DNA from: Bacillus sp. V59.32b
GTDB lineage: Bacteria; Bacillota; Bacilli; Bacillales; DSM-1321
Assembly: GCF_003429085.1 (NCBI RefSeq)
Contig: NZ_QVTC01000003.1
Span: 19,173 to 59,172 of the forward strand
DNA length: 40,000 nt
Direction: 5' to 3'
Numbering within the stretch: the first letter of the stretch is position 1; each line of letters starts with the position of its first letter. The notes beneath the pieces are model-generated. The model did no database searches, had not been told where the DNA came from, and was given only the letters and a program-made list of their open reading frames with translations. Below are positions 17,484-28,177 of this stretch, in pieces. Made by a program: the position numbers and the translations under genes.

Positions 17484-20400
17484 ATGAGTAAAATAAAAAC
17501 CGGAATGTATGTAAGGTGTAATATAGATATTGAACATCCTGAAACACCCAGAAGGTTTGCACTCGGACAAGTGAAGAGTGTTTATAACAATGAAGAAGTC
17601 TTAGTAGACTTTTATAGTTTAGAAAGACAATTTGATTATTTTTCTGTTTATCATGTTCCGAAACAACAAAGGTATCATCAAACTCAGATTGAACATGTTC
17701 ATATTTTACCTAACACAATCGTGGAATGGAATAATGATAAACAAAGCGGGAAAATTATTGAGTTTTCCCATAAAGATAAAGAAGGGTTCAATTGGTACTA
17801 CACCGAAGTTATAGTGGCTAAAATGAAGAAAATTAACATTTTTTGTGAGACACAACTAAAGGTGCCTTTTAACCGAGCTGATGCCGACCCAGTAAAGCAA
17901 CTAATAAATTATGAACTAAATCATCCCAGATGGTATTTAAAACGTGATATTGTAACTAATTCACTTCACACATTAAAAAATGCCACCTTTGGGTTTGATA
18001 CATTAGTAGGCTCACGTGTCTACTTACTAAAGCACCAAGTTGATACAATAGTTCGGGCAATATCGGAAAGGCCATGCCGTTTTATGTTAGCTGATGAAGT
18101 AGGACTCGGAAAAACGATTGAGGCCATTGTTATAATGAAGGGCTTGCAAAAACGTATCGGCGATATGAGAATCTTAATAATTACCCCAGAATCATTATTG
18201 TACCAATGGAAAAATGAATTATCCTTTAAATTCTGGAGTAATTTTCAAGTGCATGGGGAAGAATCCTCCCGCAAAAAGCATCCATTTGTGTTATTTCCAT
18301 TAGAAAAAGTCAATACTCCTATATGGGATGATTTATTGGCAGACAATTGGGATTTAGTAATTATAGATGAGACTCATCGTTTACTTTATCTCGATTATGA
18401 ATATAAAAAATTACTTCAATTAAGCCAGAAAGTCGAAAATCTTCTGTTACTAAGTGCGACTCCAATACAGTCTCGTCATAATGAATTTTTAAAATTAGTT
18501 CGTTTACTAGAACCGCATAAATATTTAAAAATATCAGAGCAACATTTTGACGCATTGCTGGAAAAACAGAATTATATTCGGAGACGCGTTTATCAAATGA
18601 TGCAAGAACTTCCGGATTATATAGAAGATGAACTGGTAGAAGATTTCATTGATAGCTTTGAAAAAGTATCAAAGAGACTTGAAGATAAAATTTTTGATAG
18701 ATTAATTGACAATATTGATCCGGAATCAGATGACCAAGGTTTGGATCAAGTTAAATTAGCCTTGGCGTATTTAGCTGAAAATTATCAAATTGAAAGAAAA
18801 ATTATTCGCCACCGGCGTAAAGAATTGGAACAACAACTACCTAAACGTCAAAAAGAAGTAATTTCTTATGAAATGCAAGGTTCAGATTTGCTTTATTATG
18901 AGTTAGATACAAATGAATCGCTGTTATCTTATTTAGATCTTATTAACCAAAAAGGTTATTTGCCAGACCAAGCAGGATCCTTCCACCGTGTCTTTTTATC
19001 CAGTATGTTTAGTTCCCCATGGGCACTTGAATCGGTGGTTTCAAAAAGACTGGAAATTCTGAAGGAAAACGAGGTATACATTGATCGTGAAATCTTTAAA
19101 CCGTTAAACATTCTTCCTGTTTCAAAAGATGAGGAAATGTACTTGAATGATTTATTGGGAATAATAGAAAGATGGAAAAAGGCTGCGGAAAAAGAATTTT
19201 TCCATATTCAGGATCTTTACGATGATCCTGACCTCATTAAAGGAAGATTAATGTATATTTTAGACTATTTGACCGAAAATACGGAAAACGAAAAGGTTGT
19301 TATTTTTTCTCAGTGGAAAGAAACAATTATCCAATTTGAACGACTCCTTACTGCTAGATTTGGTAAAGATAGTGTTAGAAGTTTTTATCAAGGAAAAAAC
19401 GAGGAAGAACTTCAGACAGCGGTAGACGATTTTCAGAGAAATATTGACTGCAGATTTATGGTTTGTGACCCACTGGGAGGGGAAGGCCGAAACTTTCAGA
19501 TGGCCGATTTTTTGGTTCATATTGATTTACCCTGGACTCCGACAGACTTGGAACAGCGTATAGGAAGGCTTGACCGCATTAATCGAGAAAAAGATGTTCT
19601 TTCTGTTATATTCATTTCAGAAGAAACAATAGAGGAAGAACTATTTAGATTATGGAATGAAGGACTACAAGTTTTTGATGAGTCTTTAAGTGGAATTGAA
19701 ATTGCTTTGTTTGAAATCCAAAATGCTATAACAGAAGCAATTACAAAGAATTTGGAAAACGGGCTTAGCAATATATTAAATGAAATAAACTTGAGTCTTC
19801 AAAAAATGAGAGAAAAGGTAGAGGAAGAACGATTCTTCGATATTGCTAGACAATTAGATCAATCAGTAGAGAAGCAATTACTACATTTAATTCATCAATT
19901 TGATGCAAATGATGGTGGTATTTTGGCTTCAACGATGATGTCTTGGTCTTCCTTCTGTGGATTGCATGGAACAGATGTGGAAAAAGGGACAGCAATTATG
20001 TATTCCCCTAAGTCTTTTAATTTTAAATCAATGAATAATTCACAATATTTTGTTCCTGATTTAGAAGAAGCCCGAAAGAGGTCTTTACGTTCTAAGGAAT
20101 TGAGAGGGACTTTTATACGAAAGAAAGCGATTGAACGAGAAGACTTGATGTTCTTTGCTCCCGGAGACTTATTATTCGATTCAATCGTAAATAATGCTTA
20201 TGCTCTTTCATCTGGAAGATCTACAGCAATAGAATTTAGAACCAATGAGGTGCACTGGGAAGGTATTGTATTCACATGGTCAATGTCATTAAATCCAAAA
20301 CCATTGATTGATATAGGGGAATCATTAGATCATCTTTATCATGCTCAAGGTTATCTCCCATTGGAGCATTTTAAAACTGTTGAGCACGTCGGAGGAGATG

Positions 20401-20795
20401 AAATTGATGAAAGGACAATCGTTTCTTTACTTTCAAATGATATTCCAGATAGGGTAATAAGGCACTTAGGAAAAAGACAAGGTGGTGTTTTAAAAAAGTT
20501 TCTTGACGACTACCCCAAAGATATTTGGCAGAATATGATTGAATCTAGTTTTGAGAACAGTCAGTTGAAAGTCCAGGAATTTTTTAAATCTGAGGTGCAA
20601 GTCCATAAAGCACGTGAGGATTTCCAGAATAAGATAAATTCATTGAAAGCTTCAAATCTATATTATGGATATGAAGACGATGCTAATGTAAGGTATTTAT
20701 CATCAATTTTTGATGCTGTACAAAAAGGAATTGAAAACCCGGTCTTTCGATTAGAATCAGTAGCATTTATCAGGTTGGTGAATACGAGTGGATAA
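17484..20795 (+). CDS. dpdE: SNF2-family helicase (DpdE-like by architecture and synteny)
   Basis: Motif I is ADEVGLGKT (18093-18116), motif II IIDETHRL, motif III LLLSATPIQ. The C-terminal helicase lobe has GGEGRNFQ and EQRIGRLDRINR. ATG 17484 lies 11 nt after AAGGTGA; the track start is GTG 17469. Confidence 0.8.
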   Translation: MSKIKTGMYVRCNIDIEHPETPRRFALGQVKSVYNNEEVLVDFYSLERQFDYFSVYHVPKQQRYHQTQIEHVHILPNTIVEWNNDKQSGKIIEFSHKDKEGFNWYYTEVIVAKMKKINIFCETQLKVPFNRADADPVKQLINYELNHPRWYLKRDIVTNSLHTLKNATFGFDTLVGSRVYLLKHQVDTIVRAISERPCRFMLADEVGLGKTIEAIVIMKGLQKRIGDMRILIITPESLLYQWKNELSFKFWSNFQVHGEESSRKKHPFVLFPLEKVNTPIWDDLLADNWDLVIIDETHRLLYLDYEYKKLLQLSQKVENLLLLSATPIQSRHNEFLKLVRLLEPHKYLKISEQHFDALLEKQNYIRRRVYQMMQELPDYIEDELVEDFIDSFEKVSKRLEDKIFDRLIDNIDPESDDQGLDQVKLALAYLAENYQIERKIIRHRRKELEQQLPKRQKEVISYEMQGSDLLYYELDTNESLLSYLDLINQKGYLPDQAGSFHRVFLSSMFSSPWALESVVSKRLEILKENEVYIDREIFKPLNILPVSKDEEMYLNDLLGIIERWKKAAEKEFFHIQDLYDDPDLIKGRLMYILDYLTENTENEKVVIFSQWKETIIQFERLLTARFGKDSVRSFYQGKNEEELQTAVDDFQRNIDCRFMVCDPLGGEGRNFQMADFLVHIDLPWTPTDLEQRIGRLDRINREKDVLSVIFISEETIEEELFRLWNEGLQVFDESLSGIEIALFEIQNAITEAITKNLENGLSNILNEINLSLQKMREKVEEERFFDIARQLDQSVEKQLLHLIHQFDANDGGILASTMMSWSSFCGLHGTDVEKGTAIMYSPKSFNFKSMNNSQYFVPDLEEARKRSLRSKELRGTFIRKKAIEREDLMFFAPGDLLFDSIVNNAYALSSGRSTAIEFRTNEVHWEGIVFTWSMSLNPKPLIDIGESLDHLYHAQGYLPLEHFKTVEHVGGDEIDERTIVSLLSNDIPDRVIRHLGKRQGGVLKKFLDDYPKDIWQNMIESSFENSQLKVQEFFKSEVQVHKAREDFQNKINSLKASNLYYGYEDDANVRYLSSIFDAVQKGIENPVFRLESVAFIRLVNTSG

Positions 20796-23376
20796 AATAT
20801 TTGATCTAACTCAGAAAGTCCTGTTGGAAGAAATCGAAGTAATCGAAGGAATTAATACTCTTGACGAAATTCTGACCGGTTCAGATATTAAAGCTCTATC
20901 CAAGACCAGTTGTGTAAAGCGTATCTTTAAATGTCTCAATGAAATAAATTCTAATTCCAACCGTGCATCCATTTTTGATTTAGCAGGTCATTTGCGCCAG
21001 TTTATTCTTATGTTTCAATCAAGGGTGAAGGTATCTTCAAAATGGCAGGAAATATTAAAAGACCTTTCAGAAACTGTTGGGCTTTACGTAGGATTAGATG
21101 GTGAGGTAGATACTGTAAATGAATTCCCTGTATCTATCCCACACATCGAAAGAGTCCAGGAAATTTATTCTCTGCCTGAAAGAAGAATTAGCAATGCGCC
21201 AATTGGGGATGGAATCTTGAATCACATGACAGGATTTACGCGCTATCGATCTGAAGCACAAAAAGTGATGGTTAAATCTTGCATGAATATGGAAGAAGGG
21301 GAAACTTTCCTGGCTGCTTTGCCAACAGGTGGTGGAAAAAGTTTAGTCTTTCTTTTGCCGTCCTTTTACGAAACCGAGGGAGGTACTCTTTTAGGTTCCT
21401 TAAGGAAAACCGTCGGTACGACCATCGTAGTTGTTCCGACAGTCTCATTGGCGATGGATCAAAAGATGGCAGCAGCTAAGCTTTTCTCTGCCGCCATTAA
21501 TGAAAAATATAAACCGCAAGCGTATTATGGAGATCTGTCAGCAGAGGGAAAGAACGTGATTTTTGATGGATTAAAAGAAGGTTCCCTCCCAATTCTGTTT
21601 ACTTCACCGGAATCCATAGTGAATGGTTCTTTATCTAATGAAATCTTAAATGCTGCGTATAAGGGTAATATTACAAGATTTGTAATTGATGAAGCGCATA
21701 TCGTCATGGATTGGGGCAGCAATTTTAGGACCGATTTTCAATTGCTGACCGTTTTTCAAAAGAGATTGTTAAAAGCGACAAAAGGGAAATTGAAAACTAT
21801 ACTTTTGTCGGCGACATTAACAGACGCTGCTACCAATTTGTTAAAGAATTTATTTTGCCAAAATGACAAATATACGGAAATACGCGGAGATGAACTCCGA
21901 TTGGAACCAACATTTTTATTAGATGAAAACAGATCAATAAAAGAGCGTGATGGTAAAATTTCAAAGTTGATTCCATATTTGCCAAGACCTATTATTCTAT
22001 ACGTTTCCAAAAAAGAAGACGCTGTATATTGGAAAGGAAAAATGAGTGAACTTGGCTATAGACGGATTAATACATTTACTGGTGATACCAAAGACTTAGA
22101 TCGGGAAAGGATTATCCGACAGTGGAATAACGATGAAATAGATATTATTGTAGCAACGTCTGCCTTTGGGATGGGTGTAGATAAACGTGATATCCGTACA
22201 GTCATCCATTGCTGTCTGCCTGAAAGCGTCAACCGTTTTTATCAGGAAGTAGGACGGGGTGGACGCGACGGCTTTGCTTCAATTAGCCTATTGAGCTACC
22301 AATATGAAGAAGATGTCAAAATACAGGATGGTTTAACCTCAAAAGCGGTGTTAACTACCGAAATGGCTTGGAAACGTTGGATTGCCATGTATGAGAAGAG
22401 AGAGGCAACAGATGTAGCCGATGAATTCTGGTTTTCTATGAACGCACAACATGTTGGACTTGAAGGGCCATCCGGCAAAAGTAATGCTTCCTGGAATGAG
22501 TCTGTTTGCCTTATGCTGGCAAGGCATGGTTTCATTGAAATTGTGGATACCTTGCTTGAAAAGGGTGAGTTTACAAGGAAGTTACGTTTAAAAATAATTA
22601 ACTTCTCGGTTATAAATAATGAGACAAACTTTAAAGCAAGCCTGGAACCGGATCGTGCAAAGGAAAGGGAGCGGGTAAACAAAGACCTCCGGCAAATGAG
22701 GAAACTAATTCGAAAAAGCGAACAGCACTGCATATCAGAATCCTTTATTGAAATCTATCCTAACGCTGTTGAGGCTTGCGGCGGATGTCCATCATGCCAT
22801 TCAGACAGGAATGACCTAACCTATTACAGGCCGGAATTAAGAATACCTTTTAATAATCAGGAAATCGAGACGGAGGCCATTCTATCAGGAAGTTTGGTAG
22901 AACTTGCGGGTGGTTTCCAGGAGGTTATTTTAAAACCTTTAAAAGATGATTGGAGCCGTGAATCACTGTTGCATATTATCACAGAATTAACGGCCTGCAA
23001 CATATTGACTCTCGTTTTACCAGAAGGAAATAATATAAATTATACTGAACTATTAAAGGCATCACCTACTGAAATAGATTGGGTTAATTATACATTCCTA
23101 ACAAGAGATGAATTAAAAAATTACCCTTTGGACTTGCTAAAAGGATCGGTTGCCATTTTTTATCAGCATGACGATTTTCTAAATGACCAATTATTCCAAT
23201 GGTCCAGAAGGTTTCTGGACGCCCATCCTTCAGGAATAATTGTCCATGTATCTACACCGAATATTTTTATCCCTTCAGAAGGAAAATCACTGGATAACTT
23301 AGTAGATTATATAGGCATTAACAAGGACGATTTCTTTGAAAGGCAAGACCAAATGTTCTCGCTTGAAATGTTTTAA
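20788..23376 (+). CDS. dpdF: RecQ-like DEAD/DEAH helicase (DpdF-like by architecture and synteny)
   Basis: PTGGGKS (21322-21342), VIDEAH (DEAH at 21688-21699), LLSATL, VATSAFGMGVDKRDIRTVIH, YQEVGRGGRDG, and a Cys cluster CGGCPSCH. The GTG start overlaps the dpdE stop (GTGGATAA). Confidence 0.8.
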   Translation: MDKIFDLTQKVLLEEIEVIEGINTLDEILTGSDIKALSKTSCVKRIFKCLNEINSNSNRASIFDLAGHLRQFILMFQSRVKVSSKWQEILKDLSETVGLYVGLDGEVDTVNEFPVSIPHIERVQEIYSLPERRISNAPIGDGILNHMTGFTRYRSEAQKVMVKSCMNMEEGETFLAALPTGGGKSLVFLLPSFYETEGGTLLGSLRKTVGTTIVVVPTVSLAMDQKMAAAKLFSAAINEKYKPQAYYGDLSAEGKNVIFDGLKEGSLPILFTSPESIVNGSLSNEILNAAYKGNITRFVIDEAHIVMDWGSNFRTDFQLLTVFQKRLLKATKGKLKTILLSATLTDAATNLLKNLFCQNDKYTEIRGDELRLEPTFLLDENRSIKERDGKISKLIPYLPRPIILYVSKKEDAVYWKGKMSELGYRRINTFTGDTKDLDRERIIRQWNNDEIDIIVATSAFGMGVDKRDIRTVIHCCLPESVNRFYQEVGRGGRDGFASISLLSYQYEEDVKIQDGLTSKAVLTTEMAWKRWIAMYEKREATDVADEFWFSMNAQHVGLEGPSGKSNASWNESVCLMLARHGFIEIVDTLLEKGEFTRKLRLKIINFSVINNETNFKASLEPDRAKERERVNKDLRQMRKLIRKSEQHCISESFIEIYPNAVEACGGCPSCHSDRNDLTYYRPELRIPFNNQEIETEAILSGSLVELAGGFQEVILKPLKDDWSRESLLHIITELTACNILTLVLPEGNNINYTELLKASPTEIDWVNYTFLTRDELKNYPLDLLKGSVAIFYQHDDFLNDQLFQWSRRFLDAHPSGIIVHVSTPNIFIPSEGKSLDNLVDYIGINKDDFFERQDQMFSLEMF

Positions 23377-23459
23377 AAAGGTGTCCTTAGAGTTCTCTCA
23401 TAAAAGGTTAGATCTAAGGATATTCCTAAGATGTTTATAAAGAGAGAGGATGGTGGAAG

Positions 23460-24281
23460 ATGCCATTTGATAACAATTTGAAAAATATGCAAACCCCTGG
23501 TCGTGTCCATGCTTTGTGCAAACTATTGGCTCATGGTTCCCAAACCCAAGACAGATTGATGGAACTACTGCAACCTAATTCTGATAGAGCACAGGTAAAA
23601 GAGGTTTATAGACTTGCACTAAACGGAGGTTTGGTCAAGTTGGGAGAAGATAAGAAGGTCCATTTGCAAGTACCTGAACAAATTGTGTTCGATCGGAAAG
23701 AATTCCAAAACTATGTTTCACAGCTCGCATTTAATAATAACGATTTTGTATTTGGCAAGTTTACAGCATGGGTCATGACAAGAGGAGAGAAGGTATTAAA
23801 CGAAACAAAAGATCAGCTTTCTGATAGTTTCTTTAATGATGTAACAAGACAGTACACTAAAAATCGCGAATTTAATGACACTAATATAAATGGATGGGTG
23901 ACTTGGGCAAATTACTTTGGATTAGGCCATACAATGAACGGCAAATTTATCGTAAACCCTGCAAATCGAATCCAAACCGAGCTCGAGAACGACAAACAAG
24001 CCTTGCCCAGTGGAGAAATGATACCTTTTAGAACCTTCATGAAATGGCTTGGAGAAAAATGTCCCGAATTGGATGGCGGCAATTTGAATAGGCCATTTAA
24101 CACTCAGTATAGCAGCCAACAACTTTCCTTTGCACTGTCTCTAGCACTCAGTACGTTACATGACATGAAAATTATTTCGTTACAAAATACAAGAGACATT
24201 GAAGATATTTGGTATCTCTCTGATATGTCGACGCATCACATACCAAATCAAGTAACTGAAATAATGGTACTGAAAGGTTGA
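23460..24281 (+). CDS. wHTH-like protein, positional equivalent of DpdG
   Basis: 273 aa with RBS GAGGATGGTGGA. It shares the W..Y(L/F)GLG motif with the 251-aa protein at 13620. It is called only by position between the RecQ-like helicase and the giant ATPase. Confidence 0.55.
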   Translation: MPFDNNLKNMQTPGRVHALCKLLAHGSQTQDRLMELLQPNSDRAQVKEVYRLALNGGLVKLGEDKKVHLQVPEQIVFDRKEFQNYVSQLAFNNNDFVFGKFTAWVMTRGEKVLNETKDQLSDSFFNDVTRQYTKNREFNDTNINGWVTWANYFGLGHTMNGKFIVNPANRIQTELENDKQALPSGEMIPFRTFMKWLGEKCPELDGGNLNRPFNTQYSSQQLSFALSLALSTLHDMKIISLQNTRDIEDIWYLSDMSTHHIPNQVTEIMVLKG

Positions 24282-24286
24282 TTATT

Positions 24287-27200
24287 ATGGATATACAAAG
24301 ATATAAAAGTAAACTTTCCGATGTATTTCAAATAAATGCGATAACTGTTGATAAAGATTATTTCATGTTAACGCATAAACCATTTAAAAGAATAAAAATG
24401 GTGAGCAAAGGATTATTTTTAAATGGGGAAAAATTTTTCCATGAAAATGAACTCTATAACACAATCATGGACAATCGCGATAAACATCAATTTCATGTTG
24501 TCAAAGGGGACAATGGTTCGGGAAAATCCCATTTAATTCGTTGGATAAAAGAGCATTACGAAACCGATGCAAAAAATGAAGCTGTCATTTTTATATCCCG
24601 GATGCAAAGTACCTTGAAAGGCGCATTGCAGCAAATTATTAATGCAGAAGTTATCCAAAATCATGAAACCTCGCATAAACTGAAAAATTTGATTGAAGCG
24701 AACAATCATTTAGATAAAGCCCACTTAAAAAATATCATTCTGGCACATTTAAACGTTGCGGTACAAGAGGACGACGATACAAGAGATATCAAACTACGCA
24801 GAAGTAAGCGATTAAACCTATATGATTTTCTTTCCAGCCATGATACTCGTGATTTTATGCTACGTGATAATGGCCCTCTTGACAGGATACAGAAAAAGCT
24901 TGCACCAAGTGTTAATAATGAAATTATGGATGAAGTAAACCCGCACTTCCTTCCTGAAGATTTCAAAATTACCTCAGCAGAATCGCAAGAATTCAAGAGG
25001 ATGAAAGATATTAGTCCAAGGGCACTGCGTTTCATTGGCAGCATACAAGAAGCTTTCAATGTAGATGATCAGGAAGAGGTTGAGGAGTTTCGAGCGGAGC
25101 TTGCTAGGTATTTGAACCAGTTCCTTGACAAGGTAGTACAAGAATGCCTTAGCCTTCGCGGCACTGATTTAAAGGAAATTTTCGTCCTTTTGCGCCAGGA
25201 GTTGAAAAAGGAAGGTAAGAATTTAACGCTATTTATCGAAGATATAACCTCCTTTACAGGAGTAGATAAGGATCTTGTAGATGTTTTAATTGCCGATCAC
25301 GAAGAAGAAAAATCGCTAGCGCTATGCCGTTTAGTTTCGCTTGTAGGTATTACCAATGGTTACTATAATACTTCTTTACCTGGCAATATTATAGACCGGA
25401 TTACCAGCCATATCGAAATCGATAATGTGGTCATGGAAAACAAGGATGAAAGCGCTGAACTGGCAGCAAGGTATATTAATGCGGTTTATCTTGAAGACGA
25501 CCAAATTCTTGAATGGAAAAATACCGGGTACCGCCTCGAAGAATTTCCTGTAGCAACAGCATTTAGGCAACATTCATGGGCAAATGTTACAGTTGATAAT
25601 GATTTGGAGTTATCCATTTTCCCATTCACAAAAGCCGCTCTGTGGAACTTTTATGTTCATTTGGAGACAAAAACTCCACGGAGCTTCTTGCAGACTGTAT
25701 TATTGCAGTACATTCAAAAATATGCTCTTTACGGGCCAAGAGGTCAATTTCCACCGAACATTGGCAAGGTACTATTAGATTTCAAACGTTTGCCAAATTG
25801 GAAGGATACCAGTTTAAATCGGGTTTTAAGCAGTAAAGTCAGTGCTGATGAAAAAGGCCGTTATGAAACTTTATTCCGTATCTGGGGAAATGGCACATTG
25901 GATGAACAAATGGTAGACGGCAGGAAAACTGTCGGCGGGTTAGAGGATGATGTATTTGAATCCTTTAAGTTAAAGCCGATTTCTGGGATCCAGGGCAGAA
26001 CCGCGCCAAAACCGGACCCCGCTGGAGCCCGTGGAGGAGACGGAATTCCTGTTTCTCCAAAACCTAATCCAGGTGGAGGAAAAAGACCAATAATAAAACC
26101 GGTACTAGACCCTCCAACAGTTGATCCGCCGGTAGTAGACCCGCTCGCAATAGATCCACCAGTTGTTGTTCCTCCATCTACTGAACCATCTAACCCGGAT
26201 TTGGAAAATGCGATAAGCGAAATTGAAAGATGGTCAAAAGGTGAACCGCTTGATAACAACTGGATGATTGGCGATATTTTAGATATTATCCGTGAATATA
26301 TCCATTGGGATTTAGAGGGTATTTCTACATTGATTGTTAAAGACTTCTTAACTAATAATTATGTATTAATAGAAGGCCAATCTAAGGCAGTAAAAGTAAA
26401 GGAAGAGAATGCTCTTATTTTTAGGCGTAATGATACGCTTCGCTATACTCTAGAAGGGCTTGCTTCCTACCGTTATGAGGGCAATAAAACTTGGGATTTC
26501 CCAAATTCCTCTATGGCACTCCTTTCCTTGCATACTTGGCTTGAAATAGTGAAGGATGATATCGTTTCATTTTTACAGAAGCCATTTGATTATAAGGGTA
26601 ATGATTGGGCTATGGAAGAATACCTAGTGTCAGCTGAATTTTATTCTACTGCCTTACTTAGCGGTTTCAAGGGTACCGAAAGATCCCCTGAAGAAATATA
26701 CTTGCAATTATTGAAAGACAAGAATAAAAATAATATAAAAAACCACAACAAAACATGGGAAGCATCAACAAATTACTTGAACCTTGAACATACAGACCTC
26801 TTTAGACGTTATTTTAATTTGCTTCAAGGTGAAACTAAAAGGGCGGGTTATTCATCCCTGACTTTCTTCTATGATGCATTTGAAATCATTGGCACAATCA
26901 AAAAAATCACAAGCAAGGATTTTGCACTGGTGTTGGATGGCATACCAAAAGGGAAATCAAATAGCTGGTATACATCTGTTAATATATTGCCTGATATTAA
27001 TCAACGGATACAATCAGCCGCTAAAGAAGAAATTAGCCAGTCAACCAACTTTGTCAATAATATTCAAATGTTAATAGGTGATGAACCTTCAAAAGATGTT
27101 ATTGAAAAAATAATAAAGTCGATGGCTGGTTTCCTTGATTATTTAAAACAAATCAAAGAGCCATTTCAACATTCACAGTTCGAAGTACTTTACAATAATG

Positions 27201-27517
27201 TATTAAATTACCCTGAAGTAGCGGCGAAAATCCATGTTTTAAAAACGCTTGAAGATACAAGTGTTTTTGCTGAACAATTGGTCGCATTGTCAAACAGCCC
27301 TGCTCTTCAAGTCCAGCCATTTTATCTGTTGCTTGATAATTTTAATAAATTGGTTGAACAGAAGAACAATGACATTGCACCAAAAATTTCATCACTAAAG
27401 ACCGAGTTACAATCTTATTCAGGTGATCCGATTACAGCCCTAAAGCAAGATTTATTGGCAATAAAAGAGGTAATCAGTGAATTGGATGAAAGGAGTATCA
27501 GCCATGTTGTTAAATAA
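24287..27517 (+). CDS. Giant P-loop NTPase with an internal Pro-rich linker, positional equivalent of DpdH
   Basis: Walker A is GDNGSGKS (24506-24529) and Walker B-like is LTLFIEDI. A low-complexity Pro/Gly-rich tract spans 26006-26200. The start is ATG 24287, or TTG 24278 overlapping the upstream TGA. Confidence 0.7.
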   Translation: MDIQRYKSKLSDVFQINAITVDKDYFMLTHKPFKRIKMVSKGLFLNGEKFFHENELYNTIMDNRDKHQFHVVKGDNGSGKSHLIRWIKEHYETDAKNEAVIFISRMQSTLKGALQQIINAEVIQNHETSHKLKNLIEANNHLDKAHLKNIILAHLNVAVQEDDDTRDIKLRRSKRLNLYDFLSSHDTRDFMLRDNGPLDRIQKKLAPSVNNEIMDEVNPHFLPEDFKITSAESQEFKRMKDISPRALRFIGSIQEAFNVDDQEEVEEFRAELARYLNQFLDKVVQECLSLRGTDLKEIFVLLRQELKKEGKNLTLFIEDITSFTGVDKDLVDVLIADHEEEKSLALCRLVSLVGITNGYYNTSLPGNIIDRITSHIEIDNVVMENKDESAELAARYINAVYLEDDQILEWKNTGYRLEEFPVATAFRQHSWANVTVDNDLELSIFPFTKAALWNFYVHLETKTPRSFLQTVLLQYIQKYALYGPRGQFPPNIGKVLLDFKRLPNWKDTSLNRVLSSKVSADEKGRYETLFRIWGNGTLDEQMVDGRKTVGGLEDDVFESFKLKPISGIQGRTAPKPDPAGARGGDGIPVSPKPNPGGGKRPIIKPVLDPPTVDPPVVDPLAIDPPVVVPPSTEPSNPDLENAISEIERWSKGEPLDNNWMIGDILDIIREYIHWDLEGISTLIVKDFLTNNYVLIEGQSKAVKVKEENALIFRRNDTLRYTLEGLASYRYEGNKTWDFPNSSMALLSLHTWLEIVKDDIVSFLQKPFDYKGNDWAMEEYLVSAEFYSTALLSGFKGTERSPEEIYLQLLKDKNKNNIKNHNKTWEASTNYLNLEHTDLFRRYFNLLQGETKRAGYSSLTFFYDAFEIIGTIKKITSKDFALVLDGIPKGKSNSWYTSVNILPDINQRIQSAAKEEISQSTNFVNNIQMLIGDEPSKDVIEKIIKSMAGFLDYLKQIKEPFQHSQFEVLYNNVLNYPEVAAKIHVLKTLEDTSVFAEQLVALSNSPALQVQPFYLLLDNFNKLVEQKNNDIAPKISSLKTELQSYSGDPITALKQDLLAIKEVISELDERSISHVVK

Positions 27518-28160
27518 AATAGCTGAAACTCGTAAAACGTTTGAAGAGTATAATAAAGTTTATACTGATCTTCAAAATGTTAAAAAAATAAACTCCTTCA
27601 GCCAATATGCTAAACAAGAATTGAAAAAGTGCAAAGATATCCTTGAAAGTTACCGGGCCCTCAATCAAATGGACGATGATATTTTTCCAAAACGAAGCAT
27701 GGGTTACGAACTCAAACAACTTGAAGGATTATTTAATTACGACTTGGCTAAATTGAATAGAGATGAAGTATCCTCCTTTCAACGAACTTTAAAGAAATTA
27801 GATGATCACTGGAAAATGCGGTGGACAGTATATGTCCAAAATAAAAACCAGGACCTTATTGGTTTATTAGAAAGACTAAAGAACATTGTCAGCAATCCGC
27901 AAGAAATAGAGCAATTAATTATGTACTTAAAACAATTTGAAACTGTATGGCCGGTGTCATCAGCCAAATTGTCCAGGTATCATGAATATCTTGCACAAGC
28001 AAATAAAGTGGTTTCCGACATGAACGCAAGTCAGGGTGTGCAGGAGTTTATTGGAAAAGTGGCAGCCAATAATGCCACCATTGAAGATTTGAATGACGAA
28101 GTGATCAGTTGGTTGCGCGAACAGCAGTTAACGAACAAGTTATTTATTAAATTCAAGTAG
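27504..28160 (+). CDS. Small coiled-coil-like protein, positional equivalent of DpdI
   Basis: ATG 27504 follows the RBS AAAGGAG and overlaps the upstream gene by 14 nt. 218 aa, rich in K/E/L/Q. No family motif recognised. Confidence 0.55.
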   Translation: MLLNKIAETRKTFEEYNKVYTDLQNVKKINSFSQYAKQELKKCKDILESYRALNQMDDDIFPKRSMGYELKQLEGLFNYDLAKLNRDEVSSFQRTLKKLDDHWKMRWTVYVQNKNQDLIGLLERLKNIVSNPQEIEQLIMYLKQFETVWPVSSAKLSRYHEYLAQANKVVSDMNASQGVQEFIGKVAANNATIEDLNDEVISWLREQQLTNKLFIKFK

Positions 28161-28177
28161 TAAGGAGAATTCCCATC

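Noticed and set aside
23384-23420. An 8-bp inverted repeat, TCCTTAGA / TCTAAGGA, with a 21-nt spacer in the 83-bp gap between the RecQ-like and wHTH genes.
   Set aside because: No T-run follows, so it is not a canonical terminator. It could be an mRNA-stabilising hairpin or a chance match in a short gap.
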